20,000 nucleotides of DNA from Blastocystis sp. subtype 4 (taxonomy: Eukaryota), in assembly GCF_000743755.1 (NCBI RefSeq), contig NW_014569533.1, forward strand, positions 60,556-80,555. Reading direction: 5' to 3'. The position numbers and the translations under genes were made by a program. Within the stretch, counting starts at the first letter, position 1. Every line of letters begins with the position of its first letter. The notes below the pieces were generated by a model. That model saw only the letters and a program-made list of their open reading frames with translations. It searched no databases and had not been told where the DNA came from. This document shows, piece by piece, positions 18,567 through 20,000 of the stretch.

Positions 18567-19677
18567 TCAAAGAGACTTTCTTGCCATTTCAAGAGCCCCT
18601 TCCTTTGTTTTGTTTACTCCCATAAATCCATTGATATGGACGAATACACATCCCTCAATTCCACAACTTTGACACAATTCTTCATCACGAAGTCCCAACG
18701 AATGAGGGAGTAATTGTTGACGAAGTGCAAACGATTCAATACTTATATTCACAGCCTTCACACGCCATCCTTGATCACTTCCCTGAAAGATCACAAACTT
18801 GAAATAACCTTCCATTCCACGCTCTTTCTCGATCTCATACAAATGTTCCAGATAAGGGCAATAATTCTCCAACACCAAAATAGGCTCTGATGTTACATTT
18901 ACTGCCTATTCCTTACACTCTCCATCATCTCTCACATGTTCCACGATCTGACGGGCAGGAAGCAATACTTCGACCTGTTCATGAAGATGATATGCGAGTT
19001 CTTCCATCATTATTCCCATTGCCAGACGGAAACATTCAATCTCTTTCTCTGTTGTGTACTCTTCATTCCAAGCAGGACGCAGACGAGAAATACGGCTCGA
19101 AACTGTAGTAGTGACCTTATAATTCTTTTCTCCAGTTGCTGAATCAATTCCATTGTCAACACCATCAATCTCTTCAATGAAAGCGCTATACATCTTCTCT
19201 TGAATTCTAGTTAATGTAGCATCATCCGTAATGTCAGGATAGAATTGCTGAATGATTTGCTTTCCAAAATGCTTCCAACTACTTCACAACCCACTCTCTA
19301 TTCCTACACAAGTCCTGCAGAACTCATCTTTGTCTTATGCTGATCATCGAACGTTGCGTAATAGCCCTTCTGATGATGATCGAAGTGATTTCTATGTCTC
19401 CATACCTCAATTATCGTACTTCGTTTCATCATATTCGCCACCTACATCAACCACAATATCACACTGGTTGAGAAGATCTTGGTTACGGGTTCTTACAATA
19501 ACTATTCTTACAAATCACATTAATCTATATACCATGGGTCCTGTATTCGGGGAGAAGTCTGAGCATTGGAACAGAAAGTGTCTCATCTGAATGAAAAGTA
19601 CCGTTATGTGTTCCAATAGCTTTTCTGCCTTCAGGGATCATATCTGTATAAACTTCTCCGGCAAAGCCATGATTCAT
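18567..19677 (-). CDS. MYG1: MYG1-family (UPF0160) DHH exonuclease, multi-exon; may start upstream at 19765
   Basis: [108 protein letters not shown] at 18567-18569. Confidence 0.92.
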
Positions 19678-19832
19678 AGCATCACAAACATACGGAGGGA
19701 ACAGATCTATTCCTTATACACATTATTAACACACGACCACAAACATTAAGAGATTTCTGCTGCATTGAAAAAGATAGTGATCTTCGACTACCTCCTCTAT
19801 TCACAGATAATCATATAAACAGCATTTTCAGC

Positions 19833-19840
19833 AACAAACA
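19833..19840 (-). terminator. TGTTTGTT polyadenylation element of RPS27a
   Basis: AACAAACA on +, 30 nt beyond the TGA at 19871-19873. Confidence 0.7.
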
Positions 19841-19870
19841 ACACATCCAACAGAGTAATCACACAATTGC

Positions 19871-20000
19871 TCACTTGAAGGAGTTTCCGCAACGACCACA
19901 GGTGTTACGATCATGATGCTTAGCCATGAAGACACCAGCTCCACAGACAGGGCACTCACGTCGCAGACGAGTCACCTTTCCACTCTCATCCACCTTGTAG
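19871..20000 (-). CDS. RPS27A: 40S ribosomal protein S27a/eS31 (C-terminal zinc finger; 5' part outside the window)
   Basis: The minus strand reads [42 protein letters not shown], the eS31 C4 zinc-finger signature. It is absent from the supplied ORF track. Confidence 0.95.
   Translation of the reverse strand, partial: YKVDESGKVTRLRRECPVCGAGVFMAKHHDRNTCGRCGNSFK

Noticed and set aside
19585..19612. MYG1 FHSDE in place of FHCDE as a sign of inactivation
   Set aside because: This position varies in the family, and the His, Asp and Glu residues and the DHH motif are intact.
19683..19745. TGTTTGTG-like motifs on - near 19683-19690 and 19738-19745 as extra gene ends
   Set aside because: No supportable gene ends there, and they can be read as part of a possible MYG1 5' exon extension (ATG 19765). 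Left unresolved.
1..20000. Pseudogene cluster, alternative genetic code or stop read-through as the cause of fragmented ORFs
   Set aside because: In the genes I could resolve, the interruptions coincide with ~30 nt GT..AG introns whose removal restores conserved motifs, and TAA, TAG and TGA all occur as normal terminators.

Overview
Extremely compact, intron-dense eukaryotic DNA (roughly 40% GC by eye). Most genes are broken by GT..AG introns of about 29-34 nt, intergenic spacers are tens to ~200 bp, and a TGTTTGTT-type element follows almost every gene end. This combination points to a Blastocystis nuclear chromosome (inference). Genes in order: MRG15/Eaf3-like (-, partial), intronless cathepsin L-like protease (-), a possible small unannotated gene (-), NDUFAF7/MidA-family methyltransferase (+), ESCRT-III Vps2/CHMP2 (+), Myb/SANT-like protein (-), VOC-family methylmalonyl-CoA epimerase-like protein with a mitochondrial-type presequence (+), Tim50 (-), FabG/CBR4-like reductase (+), intronless bacterial-type GT4 glycosyltransferase (-), an unresolved 2 kb block with a ubiquitin-like segment (+), divergent PP2A B56-like subunit (+), Prp39 (-), XPB helicase (+), MYG1 (-) and the 3' end of ribosomal protein S27a (-). 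The most striking feature is the 3'-end system. Several reading frames place an in-frame T exactly 4 nt before the GU-rich element, so poly(A) addition would create the UAA stop (known in Blastocystis). At three convergent gene pairs the two strands' elements form one 15-17 bp palindrome. All exon models were read by hand, and no database searches were run.
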